DNA of 23,464 nt from Ginkgo biloba (Eukaryota; Plantae; Ginkgophyta), in the NCBI GenBank assembly GCA_024626585.2, contig JANKJI020000004.1, forward strand, positions 27,832,988 through 27,856,451, in the 5' to 3' direction. The notes below the pieces were generated by a model, which was given only the letters and a program-made list of their open reading frames with translations, had not been told where the DNA came from and ran no database searches. How positions within the stretch are numbered: the stretch's first letter is position 1; each line of letters starts with the position of its first letter. Positions 8,605 through 20,450 of this stretch are shown one piece after another. Both the position numbers and the translations under genes were made by a program.

Positions 8605-11600
8605 CTGTGAGAGAACAAGAAGACTCATCATATTGTAAGAACTACAGCACCAATGCATCCTCACAAATGTCAGGACAAAACAAAAAACCATAAGATCATT
8701 TAGTGTTGCAAGCCTGGAGAACAGAAAGTACAACTTTTACATTCAGATTAATAGGGAAGTAGTTCCATTTCGTTTGACGGTGACAGTAAGCTTACATACA
8801 AGGTAGATTGAAATTCTATACTAATTTGATTATTGACAAACATCCTGAAAGCAGTTCTCTGTGCAAGTTCTGGAAAGAAATTAGTACGTTTTTGAAGGAC
8901 AGAAGGCCTTGCTTTTCCTTTTCAAGATAGGTGATACATTGGTTATAACTAAAGCCATAACAGTTCATAGCCAAATTATGCAATCCTCTACGAAGCAACC
9001 CAAACATTTTGTACCTTTCAATATTTGGAGATACAATTGATATGTACACTTCTATTGAGGGGGAGGAGGGGGCGGCCTCAATTGTAGTTCATTTCTCCTA
9101 CATTTAGAAGTCATGTCTTTGGGTTTGAGTGCTTTGGCACCATCAATTATAGTAGGTAAGCAAATTTTATTTCAGAAGTTAGTTTTGCATAGACCTTGGA
9201 GGCAGTACCTTCACCAATACGGCTTCCATTTTGCATTCCCATTTGCAAATTGAAAAATAGAGAAAGTGTTCAACATTCCTCTCCTATTCCCATTGTCTCA
9301 ATTCTTGTAGGAGGTGCAAGAGCTCAAGATGGCCACAAGGCACAAAAGGAAATTTTTTCCCAAGTACACAATGAGGCAAGATTCTTCTAACAATGCTCCC
9401 AAATGTCCAAAACAGTACAAACGAATTATATCATTTTTGGTTGTCGCAGACGGCACAAAGGCCATGGATGAGTAGGAGGCATTCATTTTTCAGTCAAGAG
9501 ATGGATCTCTGTTAGAGAAGACAATGTACTTTTGCTGCTGCCCAGTTTGGGTCTGGGCTTACTAAACTTTCAATGCCCTTAGGTGCATTGTCTGCAATGA
9601 AGTACATATAACCTTTTGTCATATGCCCAATCAATGAGCCTAGATGAAAGTCAATATCTCTTAGTATATTAAAAACATGATTGAGATTTGAAGTAGCTCA
9701 AAAACTTTCAAGCAAAAGGAGGTTTACAATGTCCATAATGCTTGTTTCAAGTATCATGAAGCCAAACATAAGATCAAAGATTGCCCCTTCTTAGCTCCAG
9801 AGGCTGGGCCTAAATCAACCCAAGGCCCAGAGGAAGTTGTCAATGCTCAACCTTCTAGTGAAGATAAAGAGAGCCCCCACACCACTGTTACAAAAGAAAA
9901 ATTCAGGGAATAAGGTAATTCCAATAAATTGTATCAACATGGCAAAACTACCACGGGTTCAGCTCATAGCTTGCCACCTTCAAAATCTACACTCTTAGAA
10001 GTTAGGATAACTGACACAAATGCTAATCCTAAGAAGTGGGAATCAATCTCCTCCCCTGATTTATTAGTAATCGTATATAGACTGTTAGTGGTTAGTCATT
10101 AGACATATTAATGATGGAATTTTCACATGTCTTGGAGAAATAAATGGGGTCAATTAATTCTTTATGGGGAAGGAATTGATGTGTCATCTNNNNNNNNNNG
10201 TCACTAGCTGTTCAACCGATTTTCTGTATAAATAATTTCTTGTTGATATATAATATGTGAGAGTCGATTGGGAATTCAGATTATGCGAGAGGTAATCTGG
10301 GTTCTTACGCGTAATATCAATGAATACAATAGAGTTATCTTGCCTTGATGGAAGTCTATCTTGTGCATGCCTGTGTATTGATGGACAAATGTATTCTATG
10401 TAGGAGTGAGAATGATTAGAGACTATAGTGTGATCTATTAATGTATTGACAGTTGAAATCATAGGCAAGATTTGGTATCTATTGTGATAATAACTGCCAG
10501 CAGGGCAGTAACTGCTAACATTGGTTTGGTTGCCCTAAAAGATCTTTTGACTGCACATTCTAGATGGACATTGTAACTTAAAGGAATGTGGTTGTGACGA
10601 ATCTGTTAAATCTGATGAATATGCAGGAAACCTACCGTGTTGGTGATTGCTGTTTGCCTGGTGATTGCCATTTGGAAACTATAAGGGCAATGATGGGTTT
10701 TTGTTAAGATCACAATAGTTTAATAAGTGGTATCTGGAGCATAAGGCAGGTATGGAAGGTCACAACCTCATTATTAGGTGGAGTACCTTTTTGTTGGAAT
10801 GATTAGGTGTGTAAATAAATAAGGCATTCCTGGCTGCCTTTAATGGCGTGCTAGAAACCAGGTAGGCAGGGGATCTTCTGATGCCATNNNNNNNNNNNNN
10901 NNNNNNNNNNNNNNNNNNNNNNNNNNNNNNNNNNNNNNNNNNNNNNNNNNNNNNNNNNNNNNNNNNNNNNNNNNNNNNNNNNNNNNNGCTCCTTGTGCTA
11001 ACTGTCTCCCCATCTAACCCCATTAGAATTTCAAGTTGCTAGGTTTGGCGCCAAGCTACCGTCCTCCCAAGTGTTCAATTGGTGACTCCATAAATGCGTT
11101 GTCCAGTCCTTAGCCAATCATAGCTTACCATGGGGTACTAGCCCATACTTTCTCCATTCTCTTCTGTCACTGGTAATTGCAAAATTTAATGGTGCCACCT
11201 TCCACAATAGTTGCTCACACGTGCTTTAATAACTACCCTCAATATCTGTGCCCCAAACTCCATTTCATTATCTGTTGGGTTCGTGAAGTCGGACTTCTTG
11301 AAAGGTGTAGGCGCGGCTCACAACCAACGACCCTGATTCTCTGATCCCTGATTAAACTCAGATTTATAACTTCGTCAAGCCTGTAGGGTTATGTGAGGCG
11401 CGGCCTAGCTGGAAGAGCTCCAAACCTCCGATCCTTCGAAGGTGTGATGACCCGATGTCCCATACTCCCGGCGTGAACTTCAGAGACTCCTCGGAGCAAG
11501 ATTTCATAAAGATTTTGGGTCTGTGGGAGTTACAATAGGCGCACTTGCTCTTCCATGGCAAGAAGCCCGAACCCCCGATAGCCCGATGCTCTGAGGTCTC

Positions 11601-14239
11601 CCTCCTTTAACCTTCTCACGGAACCCAAATCATTCCGACACCTTATTGAATAAACCTTCGGGTCTGTCGAGTCGGACATTTGATAAAGGTCTCGGGCACA
11701 GCCTCCCCGACGTCCCGAGCGCTAACCTCCCAGTCTTCCGATTAGATTCCATTTTATAACTTCGTCGGGTCCGCGGGATTTATTTGAAGTGTGGCCTTGC
11801 TTGAGTTACAAGAGGCTCAATTAGCTCGATGGTCCGACAACCTGATGACCCGACATCCACTTCTTCACCCAAGGATCCCAATGACCCGATGATCTTCACA
11901 TAAAAGGGATCTCGATCAACAAAATACCCCGACCGCNNNNNNNNNNTTACACTGGCCCGCTGCGCTGCCAAAACTACTATGTTACGCTTGATGCACCCAA
12001 GCCAAACTGCCAAAAAATATAAGTCGTCATGTCAACGCCGATTCTTAGACCAAAACTATGCACGTTATCGGAGTGCGACTGTGATGCTCCTGCATCATGC
12101 TGTAACAATCCCGCCTCTTAAACCTATATGCTAAAGATCATAAAGTAATATAAAACATAAANNNNNNNNNNNNNNNNNNNNNNNNNNNNNNNNNNNNNNN
12201 NNNNNNNNNNNNNNNNNNNNNNNNNNNNNNNNNNNNNNNNNNNNNNNNNNNNNNNNNNNNNCATTCAGTTTTTTTTAATATATAAATACCTTTAATCGTT
12301 CCTATTAAAAAAAAATGTTATGCCAAAAGTAGGTATATGCAAAGTTTTAGAAGTGGGATTGTCAGTACTTAGGTCGACTTGCAACAAATGACTCCTATCT
12401 CTGTTGTTGGTTGTGTAGACCACCTATCTGGGTTTACTATGTTGATAGCCAAACCTCTGGGCACAAGTTGTGCTTACTGTTAGTGCCTAGCAACTATGAA
12501 CAATCTGTTAGACTCCACTCCTCAATTCCGATACTAGTAAGGGTGCTAGGCACTAGCTCTATATCAGCCTCTCTTTGGCACAAGGATTATGGTAGAAGTT
12601 ACGAATAACCACCCCATTAGCAATTATTTATTTAGATTCATTTTTGGTACGGTCACCAAACCCTAAAGCTACAAAATAGCCTTGAAACTAAAAATACATT
12701 GGCATGGTTAACAAACCCTATGACTATAGCAATAGCCATAGAGTTAATTCCCATTAGGTTAAACCCTTGAGCAACAANNNNNNNNNNNNNNNNNNNNNNN
12801 NNNNNNNNNNNNNNNNNNNNNNNNNNNNNNNNNNNNNNNNNNNNNNNNNNNNNNNNNCCTCTCACCTACACCAAACTGCAAGCCAAATAAACCCAATGTT
12901 TCTACAATTCCAAGCTGTCTCCTCAAACAGGACAGATAACTGCTTTGAACAAGCAGATTAATTTGCATGTTTAAGGAAGCAGGGGAAACATAATCTGATC
13001 TGAATGTCCGCACTAGACAGTATAGTTATGTCATCATGGAGATCAGGCAAGAGAAAATCCGAGACAATTGGCACTCTCTATGACAAATAAAAATGCTGAA
13101 TCTGATTTAAAATTATGTAATTTCATCCTTGCAAGCTTAACCACTTTCTAACTATCGAACAGAGCCAATTTTTGGTCCCTTCAAAGTGCCATCGCTTTGT
13201 AGTCCTTATTATGTTTCCTTGAAATTCATACTAATTCCCATTTTCTTCAACTCCACAGATATGTGACAAAATACCACTGATTCAACCGCCATCAATGGTC
13301 TAATTGACAGGAACAAGATAGAATCTCTATATAGTTGCAGTCACGCCTGTCAAACATTATTGCACATTTCAACAAACTAAATTTCTACTTCTTGCTGGTG
13401 ATGCTCTGGGGTGATGCGCTGGGTTTAAAGCAAGTTTTGTATTTCTACTGCAAAGCAGACAGAATGCATAATCCAGAGGTTTGAGTCTGTTTTCTCTAGG
13501 TGACCACAGAAGATAAGAACCTGCTAGGTGTAAGCTAAAATTTCTGTTTACAATGTTGGCTGTGGTTACCGAAAGTAAGTAAAAACATTATGCTCAGAAC
13601 ACTGGCTGCAGTCGATTACAAGACTAAAACCTACTGGGTTGCAATATTCATAGTTCTAAACAAGACAGCAATTGGAGCGATATTGAAGTCCAAGACAACA
13701 ATATATCTTCTCTTAACGTATACTCCCCAGCTTTAACTGTTGTCAGAGGCAATAAGTTACCATGCGTATGTACTAGGATCACTAAATAACAGTATGCCAA
13801 TCCAAACATTAACAAGTGCAAGGTCCCCACTTCGGATGGATTCTGAATCATTCCCCTTTTCTGATGTTCCTCGGCACCAACATAACATAACAGTCTATAT
13901 AATGAATTTCATGTTGGTACAATTCAGGCTTGTGATTGATTCACTTCTTATTTTAGGCCAACTGAGGCCCATGACTGTATACTGTAGGTTTGGCCCTCTT
14001 ATGAAGTCTAGACTAAGGCAGGATGATCAAGAGTATATCAATTTCTATCTTTGTTTTCAATTCCAAATACATATAAAGTCAGTGCATTGATAAAATCATT
14101 CAATAAACTTGGGATTGCATATCTACAATTTTTACTGCACTGAAAAGAATCCTGATATTAGTAAAACAATCAAAGAAAGTTCACAAAACAAAAATAACTG
14201 CAACAAAATTCGAAAGAATGCTTGAGAATGGATCCATAC
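8605..14239 (-). other. Long GT-AG intron (5635 bp including gaps) containing repeat or TE insertions
   Basis: Phase-compatible splice sites at both ends; no convincing coding exons within. Confidence 0.7.
11273..11936. repeat. CpG-rich diverged tandem duplication (~385-390 bp period), probably TE/LTR-derived
   Basis: Starts TGTTGG at an abrupt GC shift. Paired blocks: agtcggac...aaaggt (~11287 / ~11670), tttataacttcgtc (11363 / 11753), tgatgacccga (11445 / 11843). Confidence 0.65.
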
Positions 14240-14424
14240 CTCTTTATAGATGCAGGAGTTGCAGCTTTATTTGCATTGAGCAACTGAGACTCTACTTCAG
14301 CAGCATCAAATGTTTCCTTATTTCCTATCTCAACACACCCGGTCCTTCCATTACAAAGCAATAATGCTGAAGCTGGGGCCTTAAAATGCCTTGATGCCTC
14401 GGCAGGGTTTTCAGAAACAGGCAT
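14240..14424 (-). CDS. Upstream coding exon of the same gene (MPVSENP...DAAEVESQLL...SIK)
   Basis: Contains the family EVES motif. Donor AG|GTATGG at 14239 is phase 2 and joins G|AGG of the core exon to read SIKRRKNPL. Exon lengths 185+311+131=627 nt, i.e. 208 aa plus stop. The 5' boundary (ATG at 14424 versus an upstream acceptor) is uncertain. Confidence 0.75.
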
Positions 14425-15253
14425 GTGATCTGTATCTCTCACTTTTAATCTATTTTATCTTGAATGTTTTCAAATAATAACAATGGATTGGTTTTTTTAG
14501 CGTGAATAGATTTTAAATATTTTGTCAGAGTAACATTAGTAGATTGCAGTACATTTACGCATAAACTCTGAGAGAGAGGTTAACATTCTGTGGCTTTTGC
14601 CATTAGGTTTGCAAAGACTTTCACCATCTTTTAAAAGAAGAGCTCTAGAGCATCAACATAGGAAAGAATGCTTAATTGCTGTCGAGAAAATATTGGAGAA
14701 AGGCCCAATGCAGGGGGATTTTATAGCCATCAACTTTTTTGCTCTGGTTTGTCCTCATTCTGTACAGACACAGGCATTTTGCCAACTTGTCATTTCTTTG
14801 TAATAAATACTTGTGGATTGGAAAGGCATTGACATTCCATTAAAATATGTAGTCCTAAGAGCATCTGAAGTTTTAACTCACATATTTAAGGTTCCAGTTC
14901 ATCTATGATATTTTAAATGCTTGTTATTTTTATGTGGTTTTATAGGAAGGATGGCATCTTGCAGAGCTTTTTCAAGTCTCTTGTGTTGTTACAGCCCCTT
15001 ATGTTGTTCCTTACAGGTGTGTGTTTGAATTCTCATTTGAACTTACTAAAAGTTGTTTATAGATGTGATCTTTGTCACAGTGTTTCAAACTATGTTCTGT
15101 AAACTGGGTTATATTTGTGTGACAAAGAGTTGTAGTGGGTTTTATCAATGATCAATTTTCATCCCCCTGCCCACAAAAGTTTGTGTTTTTAACTTTGTAC
15201 ATGTTATGGTTTCTCATTGTGCACACATCCATCTGTAATTTCCACAAACTCAC

Positions 15254-15551
15254 TTCAGTCAGAAAATGAGTATTAGGCAAGTAACTGGTGCTTCTTTATT
15301 TGAATGTATTCATGTGGAACTACTATTACTATACGTGAGGTATGGATGAAATCTGACCAAGAATTTGATCTTTGCATTGAAAGAAGTCCAAGGAAATTTT
15401 TTCTTTTGCTGTCCCTGCATCGGGCCTTTGAGAGGGTCTTTGTTAAACCTACATGCTTTGCAGTTCAGAACATGAGATATACTGTCTATCAGACAATTTG
15501 AATGCCATTCCAATAAGACATTAGAGAAGCCATGTTCCAAGCACGGAATTG
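15254..15551 (-). other. Candidate non-coding (5' UTR) exon of the minus-strand gene
   Basis: Strong polypyrimidine acceptor ttcttccttctttcttcgttttAG (15552-15553) and consensus donor GAA|GTGAGT (15253). No transcript evidence. Confidence 0.3.
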
Positions 15552-16536
15552 CTAAAACGAAGAAAGAAGGAAGAAAGCATGATTAGACATAAAGAGAAGA
15601 ANNNNNNNNNNNNNNNNNNNNNNNNNNNNNNNNNNNNNNNNNNNNNNNNNNNNNNNNNNNNNNNNNNNNNNNNNNNNNNNNNNNNNNNNNNNNNNNNNNN
15701 NNNNNNNNNNNNNNNNNNNNNNNNNNNNNNNNNNNNNNNNNNNNNNNNNNNNNNNNNNNNNNNNNNNNNNNNNNNNNNNNNNNNNNNNNNNNNNNNNNNN
15801 NNNNNNNNNNNNNNNNNNNNNNNNNNNNNNNNNNNNNNNNNNNNNNNNNNNNNNNNNNNNNNNNNNNNNNNNNNNNNNNNNNNNNNNNNNNNNNNNNNNN
15901 NNNNNNNNNNNNNNNNNNNNNNNNNNNNNNNNNNNNNNNNNNNNNNNNNNNNNNNNNNNNNNNNNNNNNNNNNNNNNNNNNNNNNNNNNNNNNNNNNNNN
16001 NNNNNNNNNNNNNNNNNNNNNNNNNNNNNNNNNNNNNNNNTATATACATATTTAAGTAACATAACCATCAATATATGTGTAAAGTTATTGATGGCTATGT
16101 TATATGTGTGTGAGTTCTTTATCATAATCCACTATCCTCAAATGTATTAGGCTTATATATTCAAGATGGAGTTGACTGGCTCCATTTTTTTACAGTAATT
16201 TCTTTCCACTCTTAAGCATAGAGGTCTAGAATATCTTCAACTCCTTTACTTACCCAAAATGATCAAGTTTCCATGACTTGGAAGAAAAAAAATAAATCAC
16301 TAAAGATGAGGATTCAAGAACAACATTTCTTCTGGGAACAAACATACTCCTTCAATTTTTATAAGTAGACTATGAATGTTCTTCTTTAAGGAAGAAATTA
16401 ATCCCCAAATTGCCAAATCCAAACTCATTATAATTATGTTGTGATTCACCTTATGTGGGATTCCAAGAATTTAAATAAATAGAGGTGGAAGAGGATGAGA
16501 GTGAAAAAAATTAAAATCATTAACCCTCCTTACTCC

Positions 16537-16552
16537 TTGAGGGGAATGTCAA
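16537..16552 (+). mobile_element. PPT-LTR junction of a decayed LTR element
   Basis: TTGAGGGGAA followed by TGTCAA, similar to the common copia PPT/LTR junction TTGAGGGGGAG-TGT. Confidence 0.4.
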
Positions 16553-16949
16553 TAACTCTCTACCATATGTGTAAGGATTGATTGCCCAAAGGCTTCTCTA
16601 TCATCATTTTGATGAGACACCATGCATGCCACTAGGATATTTCTCAAAATTGATCATTAATTCTCACCTTAGGATTCCATAAATGCACCACCATCCCTAA
16701 TCATATTGGCCTTTATTATATTTCTAGGAAACTTATAGCTTCCTAGTACCCACAAGATCTTCCTCAATAAGTCAAGTAGAGAATACCTTCTAGGAAACTC
16801 ATGACTTATTGGCAATCCCTTTCCTTTCCTTCTTTTATTATCTTGGCACACATTATTTAAATATTATTAAATCATATTATAGATCCCTTTGAGGGATGTG
16901 CACTCTCCTGGATCTTTTAGAGTATCCTTGATCACACCTAGACTATAAA

Positions 16950-17850
16950 AAAGATATTAGGAAATAAGACAAAGATCTCTCCACTGTTCAAAACCAAGAA
17001 TTAGAGCATTTTATAATGCTGAGTGATCAAAGGGTCCAACCTTTAAGGGCGCTGAGCAAGGAGGTATCCAGAAAGAATGGAGATAGAAGAATCTCAATTG
17101 CTTTGAACAGTAAAATAATCCATGCAGATCAACACAAGTAGACAATCTATGGAAAACGATAAGAGGCAATATGAGCCAGTTTGAAGTTAATATGCTCCTG
17201 TGGCACATGGCAAATAAAGCTATCCTTAAAGTAGAACACATGAAAAAAGGCAGAACTTGTGACATGTCTACCATATAAGGATCCACTGGAACACACATTT
17301 TAAGAATGTATAGAAGTGAAGCCCCTGATACAACTTTAAAGTGGCAAAGTTTCACCTCGTATCAAGCGTCTTGCAAACCTCCAAATAAACTTCACCATAG
17401 GGGTTGTTAGGACCTTTCTTGCCTTTGGCTGGAATTAAACACTTCTTGTGCACATTGACTTAGTTAATCTGTTTCTAGAGTCTTTTGTTTTCAAGCCTCT
17501 GCATAGTTCTTATTGGACAGCACCTTGATTATAATTGTGTATCGAAATACTAGAGTCGAAGTAGTATAATTTGAGAGGAACATNNNNNNNNNNNNNNNNN
17601 NNNNNNNNNNNCTCAAAGCCATAGACAATCTTAAAATAGCTGACTTCTATAATAACTTGGGAAAAGCAAGGCATCACCATACAAGGGATACTTGGAAAAA
17701 GGGATGAAGATACCTCCAATGTACAAAACCAAGAATTGTAACATTTCATAAGGCCAAGTGATCAATGGATCCAACTTGACTAATACTCAGGAAAAACAAG
17801 GCATCACTATACAAGGCATACTAGCAAAGAAGGATTAGAATCTCTCCATC
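16950..17850. repeat. ~130-bp diverged repeat: tandem copies at 17651-17780 and 17781-17850, plus a third partial copy at ~16950-17040
   Basis: gaaaa.caaggcatcac.atacaagg at 17661 and 17791; caaaaccaagaatt...agtgatcaa.gg.tccaac at ~16989-17040 and ~17724-17775. Confidence 0.65.
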
Positions 17851-17968
17851 GGTTAATATCTACCTACGNNNNNNNNNNNNNNNNNNNNNNNNNNNNNNNN
17901 NNNNNNNNNNNNNNNNNNNNNNNNNNNNNNNNNNNNNNNNNNNNNNNNNNNNNNNNNNNNNNNNNNNN

Positions 17969-20450
17969 TTATCAATAAAAAAGATATTGGCAATGATTAA
18001 GCAAATAAACAATCAAGTATTATAAGAGAAGAGATTACTAGTAACCCAAGTTAGCTGAATCACCAACATCCATATAGGAGTCACAGCAATCATGCAGGAG
18101 TCACAAGAAGTTTAACTTTTCAATAACTAGACTCTTGATAGAATTAATTAAAAAGATTATTGTGACCTGATAGATTTAGAAGAAATTGACGAACTAAACA
18201 TGAATTGGCATCGAATGACATCTCATCCAAAGGAGTCAAACACCCAAATACTGTGATGACAAGACCTTAATGACATGACAAAATCAAGGATGACATGGCA
18301 AGACTATAAGGATTAGACCTTGACGACATGGAAAAGTCAATGTGATGAGCACCATAGTCCTTAGGTATTAGTTACTAGATGTTTTTTGTATGTACTTAAG
18401 AATAAATCCTTAAATGCTCATCATAAGTTAGTGAACTTGTATTTTTATGTGTATTTTAAAGTTCACTTATGTGAATTGTTAGTTAGAGACAAGACCATCT
18501 CCTTATAGGAAGGATAAGTTAGAGAAGATAGGAATCAATTCCTAGAAGCTAGGTAACAATCTTGAGGTGAGCAATTTTCTATTTAAAAGCCACCCTACTC
18601 TTTATACAAACAGGTGGAGTTTGAATAGATTTTCTACATTATCTAAAAATCTATAAGCAAGTTTTATTTTTCCTTCATTTTACAGTTTCAAGAATTTATC
18701 TTCTCGTCTTGCTCATATCATACCAAGAGGTAGAGGTGGTAGACCTCAAAACATTTATTATCAAAACTCTATCTAATCCTTGGCCTCGTCAATATAAAAC
18801 TTACTAGGGGAAGACAAAAGCTATCCATTATCACCTTTGTTTGCATTGGGGGCACAATCGTCAAGATTGTACTTTAGGAAAGAATAGTGGTCATTTCAAC
18901 TATGATGACTGCGAACCAAGAGACTGTGAATGGGAAATTGCAAAAACAATCCATCCAATAAATTGAAAATATCTAATCTCACTATGATAATTCGTAATCT
19001 TGTCATTTCTTTAAATCTCCAAACATGAAGTGGTAAAATTGTGACTACCCCTAAGAAGGATGAATCTGACTTCCCCAATTCTGTCAAAGAAAAAAATGCA
19101 TCTTCAAGAAGTCGTTCAGACCATCCAAGGCGTAGTGAAAGAAGCAAAGCAACAATGACTTGCAACCTAGTTAACACAGATATCAAAATTGAAGAAATTG
19201 CCCAATAAGAAAGGCAAGTAGGTTTCTAGCGTAAATGAGCTACTACCCCTTGCGAAGAAGCATCACAAGCTAAAACAAACAATTCATCAACTCACACTCC
19301 ACCACCAAAGGCCAATCCAAAACTCAGCCATGAACAAAAAAATCAACTTGCTTCAAAACTTCCGTAAAGATTTAAGAATCAACATTCCCCTCACCACTAC
19401 CATTGATGGTGCATTAAAGACCATAAACTTAGTAGACCATTTGAATGAAGATCCAAAAGTAACAATCCAAATTTATGAGAAAGTGATCATGAAAACCACT
19501 ATGGATATTGGACATAGTGTTAAGGTATTACCAAAATCAACATGGATTCAACTTGGGGAATCAAAATACATTTCTCCTAATTACTCTATCCATCCTGCCA
19601 ACTACTCAGAAATTTGGCCTCTTGGCACACTACCTAATGTATTGGTAACCATCAAGGAAGTAATTGTTAAACAAAACTTTGTCGTTGTACGTATGGAAAT
19701 TAATGCTACTTCGTCGCCAAGCAAGCAATGGTTATATGACACAAAAGCAATTCAAAACTAGGGGAAGCATGCATTCCCACTCAATGGCAATGGGAAGCAC
19801 GTAGTTCTACCATTGGTTCATATGGTCCTCGTGCAATAAATGTTTATGATTGTGATAGTGCTTCAAGCACCACATGATTGCTACTAAGGCTATTACTAAC
19901 TCCTATTTTGAAACAACATACCAAGCAACCATAGATCCTCACAATATAACTGAGGATTACCCAGAGGAATCAAATATCAATGGAGAAATTGTGGTGGACA
20001 ATGATGATTCGACATTTGAGCACATGTACTGGTTATAAGGAGCATATGAAGATATTGAATCTCACAATTGATTTTGACAAATCATTGTTCATAATAATGA
20101 ATTCATCTCTAGAAGAAGAGAATGACAAAGAATATGTCAGTGTACCGAGTGATTTCTATTCATCCACATCTGACTATTCTTCCTAAGATGAATTTGTGGA
20201 AGAAGATGTTGAAATCACCAAAAGTTTGGAAGATCCTCAAATCGCTATCTCTAAAACAATGCCTAAATTCAAAAATAGTGTTCTATCCCATAATGGGATG
20301 CAGGACATTTAGCATTGCATAAAAGTTTGGATGGATGATCACTAATGGAAGAGATAGTCTTGGATGAAAATGCTTCCACTCACATTGTAAGGCCAAGAAT
20401 TTAAATGGTATGTTGCTTCTATCGAAGAATTCATAGATTGGTTGAAGATG
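17969..20450 (+). mobile_element. Decayed Ty3/gypsy element carrying the protease; LTR-like region upstream
   Basis: Short internal repeats (gacatg... at 18255-18340) and a TATA-like ctatttaaaag at ~18579 precede the protease remnant. Boundaries are approximate. Confidence 0.4.
19330..19830 (+). pseudogene. Ty3/gypsy aspartic protease (retropepsin) pseudogene
   Basis: PKVTIQI...MDIGHSVKVLPKSTWIQLG...YSIHPAN...PLGTLPNVLVTI...FVVVRM...KQWL..TKAIQN*G follows the retropepsin pattern D.G.SV..LP..W..LG...AN...PLG...V.V.I...FVV...LLGRPWL...W. The catalytic motif is degenerate and W has become a stop at 19759-19761. Confidence 0.8.

Noticed and set aside
8064-8618. 184-aa ORF as a single-exon gene
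   Set aside because: It starts at TTG inside the intron's pyrimidine tract and reads through a canonical 92-bp intron; only 8294-8604 is the coding exon in this frame.
11366-11765. ATAACTTCGT twice, matching 10 bp of the loxP arm
   Set aside because: No 13-bp inverted arms with an 8-bp spacer; both copies simply belong to the 390-bp duplication.
12658-12666. Telo-box AAACCCTAA
   Set aside because: A single 9-mer deep in an intron and expected by chance.
13648-14090. Short ORFs as additional exons
   Set aside because: No recognisable homology, and the flanking exons already join in phase with family-like continuity (EVES...RRK..L..W).
15549-16125. Long ORFs of 165-180 aa
   Set aside because: Artefacts of N runs.
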